From an uncultured Chloroflexia bacterium (GTDB lineage: Bacteria > Chloroflexota > Limnocylindria > Limnocylindrales > CSP1-4): DNA of 64,000 bases. Below are positions 36,199-46,547 of this stretch, one piece after another. The notes under the pieces are model-generated. The model did no database searches and had not been told where the DNA came from. It was given only the letters and a program-made list of their open reading frames with translations. The number at the start of each line of letters is the position of its first letter. The first letter of the stretch is position 1. The DNA lies in NCBI GenBank assembly GCA_963713975.1, contig OY970218.1, forward strand, positions 576,001-640,000, read 5' to 3'. Position numbers and translations under genes: made by a program.

Positions 36199-38268
36199 AT
36201 GAACAGATCACCCCGCTGGACTCCCAGGCCCCCCACGCCCGACATCCTCCGGGACCAGGTGGTCCTCGAGGAGCACGACCTTGCCGCCGACGGCTCGTTC
36301 GCCGTCGTGACGCGGCGGAGCGTGAGCCGCGGGAAGTACGCCTCGCACTGCTGGCTCGTCCCGCTCGATGGCGGTCCGCAGGCTCAGTTGACGCACGGCC
36401 TGCTGCGGGACAAGCACCCAGTGATCTCGCCCGACGGCCGACGCCTCGTATTCGTCCGCAAGAAGCCCGGGTCTCGCAACCGGCACCGGGACGCACATCT
36501 CATGATCCTCGAGCTGGGCCGGGCGGGCGGCTCCCCCGACCCAGTCATGATCGATACCGGCACGCTCAGCCCGGGCGAGCTTGCCTGGTCGCCCGATGGC
36601 CGGTCGATCGCGTTCACCGCCGAGACGGGCGAGCAGCGGTTCGTCGTGGGCCCGAAGCCGAAGGAAGGCGAGCCCATGGCGCGGCGGGTCCGGGTCCTCG
36701 ACTACCGCTGGGACGAGGAGGGCTACCTCGATCGACAGGGGCAGCTGTTCGTCGTGGCGGTGGACGACGGAGGGGGTTCGGGAGCGGGCCCGGGAGAGAG
36801 CCCGCGGCAGCTGACGAACCTTGCGAGCTCCGTCTCCGACATCGCCTGGCGGCCGGACGGCATGGCCATCGCGTTCACCGCGGACCCGAGGCAAGATGCC
36901 GACCGCCACCCCAGGACCTCGATCTGGGAGGTGGCGTCGGCCGGTGGGGAGCCACGCGAGATCCTCGCCCTCGCTGGGCCCGTCAAGTCGCCGGCGTACT
37001 CGCCGGACGGTCGCTGGATCGCGGGCATCGGCGTGGACGAACCGGACTACTTCGACGACCTCTCCCCCACGCTCCACCTGGGACCGGCGGACGGTCGCGC
37101 GCCCGCCGTCGCCCTCGCCCCGGACCTGGACCGGCCGGTGGGCAACTGGGCCGACACGGACCTGACCGGCTGGATGACGAGCAGTCGGCCGGGACCGCTG
37201 TGGACCGGTCCTGATGCCCTCGTCGCGCTGGTGACCGACCGCGGGCGGACGCACCCGTGGCGCTTCCCGATCGATGCCTCGGCGGGTCGCCCGGCCGACG
37301 ACCCCACGCGTCTCGCCCAGGGCGATGTGATGGCCAACACGGTCGCCGTGGGTGGCGGCCGGCTCACCGTGACGGCCACGATCGACGCCCGGCCGCCGGA
37401 GCTGTGCGAGGTGATGGCGGACGGATCGCTGCGCCCGCTGACGACGATGGGCACCTCGTGGATCCGCGGCCTGGCGTGGCCAGAGATGCGCCGGGTAGAG
37501 GCACCAGGGCCCGGAGGCCCGGTGGAGACGTGGATCGCCTCGCCCGCCGGTGCCGGCGACGGGACCCTGCCCACGGTCGTGGACGTCCACGGCGGCCCGC
37601 TGGGCGCCTGGGCCCCGGCGCCATCGCTGGAGGTCGTCCTCCTGTGCGCGAGGGGCTACCGCGTGGTGCTTCCGAACATCCGCGGCTCGGCGTCCTACGG
37701 CGCCGGGTGGATCACGCCACAGCTGGGCGACTGGGGCGGGCCGGACGCGGCGGATGTGCACGCGGCGCTCGACCACGTGGTGGCCGTCGGGCTCGCCGAC
37801 CCGGAGCGACTCGGCGCCCTTGGCCTCTCGTACGGCGGGTTCATGATCAACTGGCTCGTGGGCACCACGGACCGGTTCCGCGCGGCCGTCTCCGAGAACG
37901 GCGTGACGAACCAGGTCTCCGCATGGGCCCACAGCGACAGCGGCCCCGAGTACTGCCGCACCGCCCGGATGGGGGACCCGACCACGCCCGAGGGCATCGA
38001 GCAGCTCTGGCGCCAGTCACCGCTGCGCAACGTCGCCAGCGTGCGGACGCCGCTGCTCATGCTCCAGGCGGAGGCCGACCTGCGGTGCCCAGCGGCTGAC
38101 AACGAGCAGTTCTTCATCGCCCTCCGGTGGCTCGGCCGCGAGGTGGAGTTCGTCCTCTATCCGGAGGAGTACCACGTGATCCAGGCGACCGGTCGCATCG
38201 ACCGGCGCATCGACCGGATGACCCGGATGCTCGACTGGTTCGACCGATTCCTGGTCGCTCCCGCCTGA
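36199..38268 (+). CDS. S9 family (acylaminoacyl/dipeptidyl) peptidase
   Basis: SPDG propeller repeats, VHGGP, N.RGS..YG, GLSYGG nucleophile, D.RC and E.H catalytic triad. Confidence 0.95.
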   Translation: MNRSPRWTPRPPTPDILRDQVVLEEHDLAADGSFAVVTRRSVSRGKYASHCWLVPLDGGPQAQLTHGLLRDKHPVISPDGRRLVFVRKKPGSRNRHRDAHLMILELGRAGGSPDPVMIDTGTLSPGELAWSPDGRSIAFTAETGEQRFVVGPKPKEGEPMARRVRVLDYRWDEEGYLDRQGQLFVVAVDDGGGSGAGPGESPRQLTNLASSVSDIAWRPDGMAIAFTADPRQDADRHPRTSIWEVASAGGEPREILALAGPVKSPAYSPDGRWIAGIGVDEPDYFDDLSPTLHLGPADGRAPAVALAPDLDRPVGNWADTDLTGWMTSSRPGPLWTGPDALVALVTDRGRTHPWRFPIDASAGRPADDPTRLAQGDVMANTVAVGGGRLTVTATIDARPPELCEVMADGSLRPLTTMGTSWIRGLAWPEMRRVEAPGPGGPVETWIASPAGAGDGTLPTVVDVHGGPLGAWAPAPSLEVVLLCARGYRVVLPNIRGSASYGAGWITPQLGDWGGPDAADVHAALDHVVAVGLADPERLGALGLSYGGFMINWLVGTTDRFRAAVSENGVTNQVSAWAHSDSGPEYCRTARMGDPTTPEGIEQLWRQSPLRNVASVRTPLLMLQAEADLRCPAADNEQFFIALRWLGREVEFVLYPEEYHVIQATGRIDRRIDRMTRMLDWFDRFLVAPA

Positions 38269-38367
38269 CGATGCCGTGAGACCGGGTGGTGGCCGGCAGG
38301 GCCGTCCCGCTGACCGTCCCGTGCCCGGCGGCCCCGGGCGCGGCGCGGCCAGCCGTTTCACGCGCCC

Positions 38368-39348
38368 TCAGCCCAGGGCGAGCTCGCGCGGCGGGGTCGA
38401 CAGGTGACGCAGAGCCGTCCGATTGCCCACGATCGCGCCGCGACGCAATGCCGCGGCCGTCCTCAGGCCCTTCCTCCTCGCATCGAGCCAGCCGAAGAGA
38501 AAGCCGGCGTCGAACGCGTCACCGGCACCCGTCGTGTCCGCGGCCATGATGGACGTCGTCGGGACCTCGAAGCTGAGCCGGGCATGACCGTCCCGGGCGA
38601 GGATCGTGGCTCCCTTGCGGCCACGCTTGAGCACCACGACGGGCGCGAGCTCCAGGAGGTCCTCGGTGCGCTTGGGGCCGACCAGCGCGCGGGACTCGTC
38701 CTTCGTCGCGAACAGGAGATCGGGCGCCACGTTCAGGAGGAGCGACAGGGCCGCGCCACGGCCATTCTCCAGGAGCGGAGCCGAGGACGAGAGATCCACG
38801 GCGACCAGCACCCCGGACGCGCTCGCGAGCCTGGCCGCGGCCATTCCGGCGTCGCCCAGCGGCTGGTCGAGCAGTGAGTAGGCCGGAAGATGCAGCGCGT
38901 CTGCGGCCTGGAACCAGTCCAGGCGCAGATCCTCCGGCCGGAGCCGGAGTGCCGCGCCGCGCTCGGTGACGAAGGAGCGCTCGCCGCCCGGCGCCACCAG
39001 GACGCCGATGCGTCCCGTCCTCGCTCCTGCCACGCGAACGGCGTGCACGACGACGCCATCGGCCTCGGCCGCCGCGACAAGCGCCCGGCCGGGCGCATCC
39101 CTCCCGATCGCGCAGATCAGCGAGCTCCGGGCGCCCAGCCTGCCGAGCCACCGGGCGGTCGATGCCGCCGAGCCGCCCTGCCGGAGCATCACGCGCCCCG
39201 TGACGTCCGTTCCGCGCTGGAGGTCCCGATCCGGAGCAAGGACGACGTCGACCACGAGGTCACCGAGGACGATGACGGCGGGTCCATTGGCGGTCGCCGA
39301 CCGACTCCGGGGACGGCCGACGGGGCGGGGCGCCTGAGGGTCGAGCAT
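38368..39348 (-). CDS. PfkB-family carbohydrate/nucleoside kinase (candidate pseudouridine kinase)
   Basis: [26 protein letters not shown]. Confidence 0.88.
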   Translation of the reverse strand: MLDPQAPRPVGRPRSRSATANGPAVIVLGDLVVDVVLAPDRDLQRGTDVTGRVMLRQGGSAASTARWLGRLGARSSLICAIGRDAPGRALVAAAEADGVVVHAVRVAGARTGRIGVLVAPGGERSFVTERGAALRLRPEDLRLDWFQAADALHLPAYSLLDQPLGDAGMAAARLASASGVLVAVDLSSSAPLLENGRGAALSLLLNVAPDLLFATKDESRALVGPKRTEDLLELAPVVVLKRGRKGATILARDGHARLSFEVPTTSIMAADTTGAGDAFDAGFLFGWLDARRKGLRTAAALRRGAIVGNRTALRHLSTPPRELALG

Positions 39349-39440
39349 GGTGGCGAGGATACCCGTCGGGCGAGGGTGTGGCGGTCGCTAGCCGGGAGGC
39401 AGGGGGCAAGCCTGGGTCCTTGCGCCGGCGCGCACACCGC

Positions 39441-39488
39441 GGAGCCTGGACCGCGCCCGACCCGGGAGCCTGCACCGGACCCGAACCG
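39441..39488. repeat. Degenerate 24-bp tandem repeat in the pfkB/tkt divergent region
   Basis: GGAGCCTGGACCGCGCCCGACCCG followed by GGAGCCTGCACCGGACCCGAACCG. Confidence 0.65.
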
Positions 39489-39594
39489 GGCACCGCGCGG
39501 TACGATGGAGGCTCGCGGCCGAACGTGCCGCGCTGCCGCCCGTCGACCGGCCCCGGCAGCCCCGCATGCGCCCCCCGCGCACCCGGAGACAGCG

Positions 39595-41673
39595 ATGACC
39601 CCCGCCACGGACCAGCTCGAGCGGCTTGCCGTCGACACCATCCGCACCCTCTCCATCGATGGCGTGCAGCAGGCCAACTCCGGGCACCCGGGCGCCCCCA
39701 TGGGCATGGCGCCGATGGCATACGCCCTGTGGACCAAGCACCTGCGCCATGCGCCCACCGATCCCGCATGGCCCAACCGGGACCGCTTCGTCCTGTCCGC
39801 CGGCCATGCGAGCATGCTGCTCTACTCGCTGCTCCACCTGACCGGCTACGACGTCTCCCTCGACGACCTCAAGTCGTTCCGCCAGTGGGGCTCGATCACC
39901 CCGGGCCACCCCGAATACGGGCTGACCCCCGGCGTGGAGGCCACCACGGGCCCGCTGGGCCAGGGCCTCGTCAACGGCGTGGGCATGGCCATCGCGGAGC
40001 GCCGCCTCGCCGGTGAGTTCAACAAGCCCGGCCACGACGTCATCGACCATCGGACCTACGTCATCTGCTCCGACGGGGACCTCCAGGAGGGGATCACCGC
40101 CGAGGCGGCCTCGCTGGCCGGACACCTGAAGCTCGGCAGGCTGATCGCCCTCTATGACGACAACCGGATCCAGCTCGACGGCCCCACCGCCTGGACCTTC
40201 ACCGAGGACGTCATCGCCCGCTTCGACGCCTACGGCTGGCACACCCAGCGGATCGAGGACGGCAACGACGTCGCGGCCATCAGCGCCGCCATCGAGGCCG
40301 CCAAGGCCGACGACCGCCCGTCGATCATCGCGGTCCACACCCACATCGGCTTCGGCAGCCCCAACAAGCAGGACAGCCAGAAGAGCCACGGTGCCCCGCT
40401 TGGCCCGGACGAGGTGCGCCTCACGAAGGAGGCCTACGGCTGGGATCCGGACAAGACCTTCTACATCCCCGAGGAGGCGGGCGCGCTGTTCCTCCGCGCG
40501 GTGGACGATGGCAAGGCCGCGGTCGCCGCATGGGACGAGGCCGTCGATACCTATGCCGCCGCCCACCCGGCCGAGGCAGCCGAGCTCCGTCGCCGGGTCG
40601 GCGGCCGCCTGGCCGACGGCTGGGATGCCAGCCTCCCCGCCTGGGAGGCCGGCTCCGAGGTGGCGACCCGCAACGCCAGCGCCGACCTGATCCAGGCACT
40701 TGCCGGTCCCGTCCCGGAGCTGTTCGGTGGTTCCGCGGACCTGTCGGAGTCCAACCTGACGGACGTGAAGGCCCTGGGCCACGACCATTTCGAGGCCGAC
40801 CACGCCGGTCGCAACATCCGGTTCGGCGTCCGCGAGCACGCGATGGGCGGCATCGCCAACGGTATCGCCTACCACGGCGGCCTCCTCCCCTATGCCGCGA
40901 CCTTCATGACCTTCAGCGACTACATGCGGGGCGCGGTTCGAATCGCCGCCCTGTCGAACCTGCACGTGACCTACGTCTGGACGCACGACTCCGTGGGGCT
41001 CGGCGAGGACGGCCCCACCCACCAGCCGGTCGAGCACTACGCGGCCCTCCGCGCCATCCCCAACCTGTGGTTCGTCCGGCCCGGCGATGGCAACGAGACG
41101 GCGGCGGCCTGGGCGCTCGCGGTGGAGCGGCCGGCGATCGACGGTGCGACGTCCGGCCCGGTGGCCCTCGCGCTGACCCGCCAGAAGCTGCCGACCCTGC
41201 CCGGAACCCATGAGCTCGCCCGCAAGGGCGTCCGCCGTGGTGGCTACATCCTGCGCGAGGCCGCGAGTGGGGATCCTCAACTGATCCTGATCGGGACCGG
41301 CTCCGAGCTGCAGCTGTGTATGGCCGCCGCCGACGTCCTCGAGGCCGAGGGCATCCCGACCCGGGTGGTGAGCCTGCCCTGCTGGGAGCGCTTCGACGCC
41401 CAGAGCCAGGCCTACCGGGACGGTGTCCTGCCGCCGTCCGTGCGCAAGCGCGTGACGGTGGAGATGGGCATCTCGCTGGGCTGGGAGCGATACGCCGGCG
41501 ACGAGGGCGCCATCATCGGCATCGATCACTTCGGCGCCAGCGCACCCGCCGGCACGATCCTGCGCGAGTTCGGCTTCACGGTCGACCGGGTGGCGGACGT
41601 CGCGCGGCGCGTCATGCGCGACGGGCTCCGAGGCAGGCAGGCGACGCTCCATGCGCCGCACGGCAAGCGCTGA
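39595..41673 (+). CDS. tkt: Transketolase
   Basis: [60 protein letters not shown]. Confidence 0.99.
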   Translation: MTPATDQLERLAVDTIRTLSIDGVQQANSGHPGAPMGMAPMAYALWTKHLRHAPTDPAWPNRDRFVLSAGHASMLLYSLLHLTGYDVSLDDLKSFRQWGSITPGHPEYGLTPGVEATTGPLGQGLVNGVGMAIAERRLAGEFNKPGHDVIDHRTYVICSDGDLQEGITAEAASLAGHLKLGRLIALYDDNRIQLDGPTAWTFTEDVIARFDAYGWHTQRIEDGNDVAAISAAIEAAKADDRPSIIAVHTHIGFGSPNKQDSQKSHGAPLGPDEVRLTKEAYGWDPDKTFYIPEEAGALFLRAVDDGKAAVAAWDEAVDTYAAAHPAEAAELRRRVGGRLADGWDASLPAWEAGSEVATRNASADLIQALAGPVPELFGGSADLSESNLTDVKALGHDHFEADHAGRNIRFGVREHAMGGIANGIAYHGGLLPYAATFMTFSDYMRGAVRIAALSNLHVTYVWTHDSVGLGEDGPTHQPVEHYAALRAIPNLWFVRPGDGNETAAAWALAVERPAIDGATSGPVALALTRQKLPTLPGTHELARKGVRRGGYILREAASGDPQLILIGTGSELQLCMAAADVLEAEGIPTRVVSLPCWERFDAQSQAYRDGVLPPSVRKRVTVEMGISLGWERYAGDEGAIIGIDHFGASAPAGTILREFGFTVDRVADVARRVMRDGLRGRQATLHAPHGKR

Positions 41674-41683
41674 GGCCCGGACG

Positions 41684-42157
41684 ATGCGAATCGCCGTCGC
41701 AGCGGACCACGCCGGAGCCGCGTTCAAGCAGGAGCTCCTCGCGAAGCTGGCCGCACTCATGGCCGGCCAGCATGAGCTGATCGACCTCGGGGGTGACGGC
41801 TCGGACCCTCACGACGACTACCCGGACTTCGCCCATGCCGTGGGCCTGGCGATCCAGGGCGGGCAGGCGGATCGCGGGATCCTCGTCTGCGGATCCGGCG
41901 TCGGTGCCTCGGTCGCGGCCAACAAGATGCGCGGCATCCGGGCCGGCCTGTGTCACGACACCTACAGCGCGCACCAGGGTGTCGAGCACGACGACATGAA
42001 CGTGCTGGCCATGGGTTCGCGCGTGATCGGGATCGAGCCCGCCCTCGAGTGTGCGGTCGCCTTCCTCGACGCGCGCTTCTCCGGGGAGCCGCGACACCTC
42101 CGGCGCCTGGACAAGGTGCTCGCGATCGAGGCGGAGTCGATGGACCGCGGCGAGTGA
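41684..42157 (+). CDS. rpiB: Ribose-5-phosphate isomerase B
   Basis: [40 protein letters not shown]. Confidence 0.97.
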   Translation: MRIAVAADHAGAAFKQELLAKLAALMAGQHELIDLGGDGSDPHDDYPDFAHAVGLAIQGGQADRGILVCGSGVGASVAANKMRGIRAGLCHDTYSAHQGVEHDDMNVLAMGSRVIGIEPALECAVAFLDARFSGEPRHLRRLDKVLAIEAESMDRGE

Positions 42158-42633
42158 CCGACTCGCCGGACCTCGAGTGGATCGAGCCCGAGGAGCTGGA
42201 GCCACCCGACGACCCTGTGGGCGACGCGATCCGGGCGGCGAATACCCGCTACGCCCACGCCCTGGCCACTGCCGACGCCGAGCGCCTGTGCGAGCTGTTC
42301 GAGCCCGACGGCGCCATCATCGACGGGGACGGACCCGATGCCGTCGGCCACGAGGGTCTGCGCGACATGGCCGCCTACGCCCGCGAGCGGTTCGCGGATG
42401 TCACGTTCGAGATCGACGTCGACTGGGTCAAGATCGACCCGCTCGATGGCGCGGTGGCCTTCGCCAACGGCACGTGGCGGATGGCATTCGTGCCGCGACC
42501 TGAGGGCCGAGCGGGCACTGGCTCTGGAGAGGCGGTGCGATCGTCGGGCACCTACGCCCAGGCCTGGCACCGCGGGACCGATGGCGCGTGGCGCCTCCAC
42601 CGCGACCTGACGTTGACTCGCGCGGAGTCCTGA
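42154..42633 (+). CDS. NTF2/SnoaL-like (DUF4440) protein
   Basis: A....DAE....LF..D, A.G..., G.Y...W.R..DG.WR...D pattern. GTGA coupling to rpiB. Confidence 0.75.
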   Translation: MTDSPDLEWIEPEELEPPDDPVGDAIRAANTRYAHALATADAERLCELFEPDGAIIDGDGPDAVGHEGLRDMAAYARERFADVTFEIDVDWVKIDPLDGAVAFANGTWRMAFVPRPEGRAGTGSGEAVRSSGTYAQAWHRGTDGAWRLHRDLTLTRAES

Positions 42634-43193
42634 GCCCGCCTGGGCACCCGCGTGGCGCCTTCACGACCGGTGGCGGTATCGGGGCGTTGGGCGGCGGTCA
42701 AGGGGCCGGAGCGGCTGATCGTGGTGGCCATGAGCACCCGGGGTGATCATGGAGTCGCCGCAGGGACGCGGCGAGACCGGGCCTTGCGCCGGTGGTCTTG
42801 ACCCTGGCAGGCCTCGGCCGCTGTCTCCCCGCCGGCCCCGGCCGCCGATCCCCTGTCCACGACCGCCGATCCCCTGCCGTCCCCGGGCGCCAGGCGGCCC
42901 GTCCGGTGGGCACGATCTCCAGTTCGGCCGCTATCAGCGAGCGGCCAGCCGGCGATCGGCGCCTGAAGCGATCGCCCGCTCTCATGGCGAGCAGAACGTG
43001 GGTCGCCACCGAAGGGGCGGCCGCCTGGAGAGCGGCGGGCGGATGGTCAGGGAACACCGCGCCCGGGAATGGAGCTGGAGGACACATCGCTTGGGGCTGC
43101 TGCCCGCAGCGGTGCGGTCACCTGCCCAGCGGGCCTATGCTTTGGACCACACGATCCAGCTCACTTCCCGCAGCCCTACGGAGACAGATTCCA

Positions 43194-44093
43194 ATGCGCA
43201 TCGGCTTCATCGGCCTCGGCCGGATGGGCGCGAACATGGTTCGCCGCCTGCTCCAGGACGACCACCAGATCGTCGCCTACAACCGGACGCCCGAGAGGAC
43301 GAGGGAGATTGCCAAGGAGGGCGCCGAGGCGGCCTTCTCGATCGCCGAGCTCGTCGCCAAGCTGGAGAAGCCGCGAGCGGTCTGGATCATGGTCCCGGCC
43401 GGGGACGCCACGGAGGCACAGATCGAGGACCTGCTCGAGCACCTCGAGCCCGGCGACACCATCATCGACGGCGGCAACACCAACTTCCACGACGATGTGC
43501 GACGCCAGAAGGCACTGGCCGAGAAGGGCATCGGCTACGTGGACGCGGGCACCAGCGGCGGCATCTGGGGCCTCACCGTGGGCTACGCACTGATGGTCGG
43601 CGGCGAGGACCGCGACGTGAAGCCGCTGGAGCCGGTCTTCCTCTCGCTGGCCCCGGAGGGTGGCTACCTGCACATCGGCGGTCCCGGCGCAGGACACTAC
43701 GTGAAGATGATCCACAACGGTATCGAGTACGGCCTGATGCAGGCCTACGCCGAGGGCTTCGAGATCATGCATGCCAGCGACTATCCGCTGGATCTGGGAG
43801 CGATCTCCGAGATGTGGATGCACGGGTCCGTGGTGCGCTCGTGGCTGCTGGAGCTGATGGTCCACGCGTTCAAGGCCAACGGTCAGGACCTGGACCACCT
43901 CAAAGGTTGGGTCGCGGACTCCGGCGAGGGGCGCTGGACGGTGCAGGAGGCGATCGACAAGGACGTCCCGGCGCCCGTCATCACGCTCTCCCTGCTCACC
44001 CGCTTCCGCTCCCGCCAGGACGACTCCTACAGCGCCAAGGTCCTGGCGGCACTCCGCAACGAGTTCGGGGGCCACGCGGTGAAGACCGAGTGA
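43194..44093 (+). CDS. gnd: 6-phosphogluconate dehydrogenase, short (YqeC-type)
   Basis: IGLGRMG.NM, IMVPAG, IDGGN, D.GTSGG.WG, GHYVKMIHNGIEYG, DSGEGRWT, ALRNEFGGH. Confidence 0.97.
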   Translation: MRIGFIGLGRMGANMVRRLLQDDHQIVAYNRTPERTREIAKEGAEAAFSIAELVAKLEKPRAVWIMVPAGDATEAQIEDLLEHLEPGDTIIDGGNTNFHDDVRRQKALAEKGIGYVDAGTSGGIWGLTVGYALMVGGEDRDVKPLEPVFLSLAPEGGYLHIGGPGAGHYVKMIHNGIEYGLMQAYAEGFEIMHASDYPLDLGAISEMWMHGSVVRSWLLELMVHAFKANGQDLDHLKGWVADSGEGRWTVQEAIDKDVPAPVITLSLLTRFRSRQDDSYSAKVLAALRNEFGGHAVKTE

Positions 44094-44800
44094 CGATGGA
44101 CCTGGGCACGGCGATCGGGCGGCTCGAGGCCGCCGGCACTGAGCAGAACCGCAGGATCTACCGGCGCCACGGCGCTCGTGACCCACTGTTCGGCGTGTCG
44201 TTTGCCGTGATCGACAAGGTGGCCCGTGAGGCGAAGCGGGACCAGGCGCTCGCCGACGGCCTGTGGGCTACGGGCAACTACGACGCGCGCATCCTCGCCT
44301 GCAAGGTCTCGGACCCGGCCGTCGCGACGGAGGCGGACCTCGACCGCCGGCTGGCGGAGATCGACGTGTACGTGCTGGTGGACGTGTTCACCGGGTCGCT
44401 GGCCTCGCGGGTGATGGGCGTGCGCGAGCGTGCGGACCGGTGGACGGCGAGCGGGCGGGACTGGACGGCGCAGGCCGGCTGGGACCTGTACGGGCAGTTG
44501 GCCCTCCACGACACCACGCTCGACGACGGCTTCTTCCGAGACCTGCTGGCGCGGATCGAGGCGGGCATCGGTGGGGCCGGGAACCGGACGCGGCACTCAA
44601 TGAACGCCTGCCTGATCGCGATCGGCGGCCGCAACGAGGCTCTCCGAACGGCAGCCGAGGCCGCGGCCGGGCGCATCGGCACCGTCGTCGTGGACCATGG
44701 CGAAACCGGATGCCGGACACCTGCCGCGGCGCCCTACATCGCGAACATCTGGGCCCGCCGGCAGACACCGGCGACAGGGCGCACGTCCAAGGGGCAGTGA
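44090..44800 (+). CDS. AlkD-like DNA alkylation repair (HEAT-repeat) protein
   Basis: Y.RHGA...FGV, LA..LW.TGNYDAR.LA, MN..L..IG, VDHG.T.C.TP.A..YI motifs. Start is GTG 44090 or ATG 44096. Confidence 0.8.
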   Translation: MTMDLGTAIGRLEAAGTEQNRRIYRRHGARDPLFGVSFAVIDKVAREAKRDQALADGLWATGNYDARILACKVSDPAVATEADLDRRLAEIDVYVLVDVFTGSLASRVMGVRERADRWTASGRDWTAQAGWDLYGQLALHDTTLDDGFFRDLLARIEAGIGGAGNRTRHSMNACLIAIGGRNEALRTAAEAAAGRIGTVVVDHGETGCRTPAAAPYIANIWARRQTPATGRTSKGQ

Positions 44801-46545
44801 TGGCGCAAACCACGGGCAAGGGACCGCTCAAGACGACGGAACCGGCCGCGAAGCCCGCGGCGCTCGCGCCGGCGAGGCCCGCGGCGCCCGCGCCGGCGAA
44901 GCCCGCGGCGCCCGCGCCGGCGAAACTCGCCGCCCCGGCCCGCAAGGACGCGCCGCGCACGATGCGCGACCTCCGGCTCGCCACCGAGTCCCGCCGCCGC
45001 GCCCCGTCGAGCCGGACGGCCGTGAACCCGCTGCGCGAGGGCCTGCGCCTCGAGCGCGTCCCGGATCCCGCGGCCTTCGTCCTGTTCGGCGCCACGGGCG
45101 ACCTCGCCCATCGCAAGGTCATCCCGGCGCTGTACCAACTGTGGCGCACCCACCTGCTGCCGCACGAGTTGACGATCCTCGCGATGGGGCGGCGGCCGTA
45201 TACGGACCAGGCGTTCCGCAAGGAGCTTCGGGAGTCGCTCGAGAAGTACTCGAGGGTCCAGCCGGTGGACCGCGAGACATGGGACGACCTCGCGGAGCGG
45301 ATCGTCTACCACCGCGGCGACTTCGCGGACCCGGCAACCTACCAGGAGCTGTCGGACCGACTCGACCTCCTGGACGTGGAACGGGGCACCCGTGGCAACC
45401 GCATCTTCTACCTGGCCACGCAGCCGTCCGCCTTTGCGGAGGTCGTCGCCCAGCTCGGGCGCGTCGGCCTGGACCACGAGCGCGTCGACGGGGGCTGGCG
45501 GCGGATCATCATCGAGAAGCCGTTTGGACGTGATCTCGGCTCCGCGATCCGCCTCAATCGCGAGGTGGGCAAGGTCTTCCGGGAGCGACAGGTCTACCGC
45601 ATCGACCACTACCTGGGCAAGGAGACCGTCCGCAACCTGCTGGTCTTCCGGTTCGGCAATGGGATCTTCGAGCCCATCTGGAACCGCCGCCACATCGACC
45701 ACGTGCAGATCACCGTCGCCGAGTCGATCGGGATCGAGGGCCGGGGCGCATTCTACGAGGAGACCGGCGCCAGTCGCGACTTCCTCCAGAACCACCTCCT
45801 CCAGCTGCTGAGCCTGGTGGCGATGGAGCCGCCGGCAACCTTCGAGGCGGACGCGCTACGCGACGAGAAGGTCAAGGTCCTGCGAGCGATCCCGGAGTTC
45901 ACCACGGAACAGGTGGCGCGGGACGTCGTGCGCGGGCAGTACGGTCCCGGCTGGGTGTCGGCCAAGCCGGTCGCGGGCTACCGCGACGAACCGGAGGTGG
46001 ACCCGGCATCCGAGACGGAGACCTACGTCGCCGCGAGGCTGACCGTCGACGACTGGCGCTGGTCCGACGTCCCGTTCTACCTGCGCATGGGCAAGCGCCT
46101 GCCCAAGCGCGCCACCGAGATCGCGATCCAGTTCAAGGAGGTCCCGCACCAACTGTTCCGGGACAGCGCGGCGGAGCCGGAGGCCAATCTGCTCGCCATG
46201 CGGATCCAGCCCGACGAGGGGATCATGCTGCGCTTCGGCGCCAAGGTCCCGGGCCTCGGCATCGACGTCCGGAACGTCACGATGGACTTCACGTATGGCT
46301 CAGCGTTCCAGACGGACAGCCCCGACGCCTACGAGACGCTGATCCTCGACGCCCTCCTGGGCGATGCCTCGCTGTTCACCCGGGCGGACGAGGTGGAAGA
46401 GGCGTGGTCCATCGTGGACCCGATCATCACCGCCTGGGCGGAGCAGCCCGCGCCCGGGTTCCCCAACTACGATGCCGGCTCCTGGGGCCCGGAGGTCGCC
46501 GACGACCTGCTCGCCCACGAGGGCCGGCGCTGGCGGAGGATCTGA
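44800..46545 (+). CDS. zwf: Glucose-6-phosphate 1-dehydrogenase with a low-complexity N-terminal extension
   Basis: FGATGDLA.RK, IEKPFG.D, YRIDHYLGKETV, QNHLLQ, PFYLR.GKRL, RIQPDEG, AYE.L..D. Confidence 0.98.
   Translation: MAQTTGKGPLKTTEPAAKPAALAPARPAAPAPAKPAAPAPAKLAAPARKDAPRTMRDLRLATESRRRAPSSRTAVNPLREGLRLERVPDPAAFVLFGATGDLAHRKVIPALYQLWRTHLLPHELTILAMGRRPYTDQAFRKELRESLEKYSRVQPVDRETWDDLAERIVYHRGDFADPATYQELSDRLDLLDVERGTRGNRIFYLATQPSAFAEVVAQLGRVGLDHERVDGGWRRIIIEKPFGRDLGSAIRLNREVGKVFRERQVYRIDHYLGKETVRNLLVFRFGNGIFEPIWNRRHIDHVQITVAESIGIEGRGAFYEETGASRDFLQNHLLQLLSLVAMEPPATFEADALRDEKVKVLRAIPEFTTEQVARDVVRGQYGPGWVSAKPVAGYRDEPEVDPASETETYVAARLTVDDWRWSDVPFYLRMGKRLPKRATEIAIQFKEVPHQLFRDSAAEPEANLLAMRIQPDEGIMLRFGAKVPGLGIDVRNVTMDFTYGSAFQTDSPDAYETLILDALLGDASLFTRADEVEEAWSIVDPIITAWAEQPAPGFPNYDAGSWGPEVADDLLAHEGRRWRRI
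44848..44940 (+). repeat. 24-bp coding minisatellite (~4 copies, AKPAAPAP)
   Basis: GCGAAGCCCGCGGCGCCCGCGCCG-type units start at 44848, 44872, 44896 and 44920. Confidence 0.9.
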
Positions 46546-46547
46546 CC

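Noticed and set aside
39388-41760. Long antisense ORFs (790 aa opposite tkt; also 13720-15702, 36208-37932, 53827-55710, 56622-58895)
   Set aside because: These are shadow frames of well-supported genes. Stop codons are rare in high-GC DNA and the translations have no family motifs.
42698-43087. IS110-like transposase remnant
   Set aside because: The resemblance is vague, with no DEDD or catalytic Ser motifs and no recognisable element ends.
42743-44800. Extended N-termini in the ORF track (685-aa ORF here; also tkt from 38890, gnd from 42792, zwf from 44263, pyrG to 29634, kinase from 58633)
   Set aside because: The upstream parts are non-homologous read-through. Homology, SD or -10 signals and gene overlaps support the later starts.
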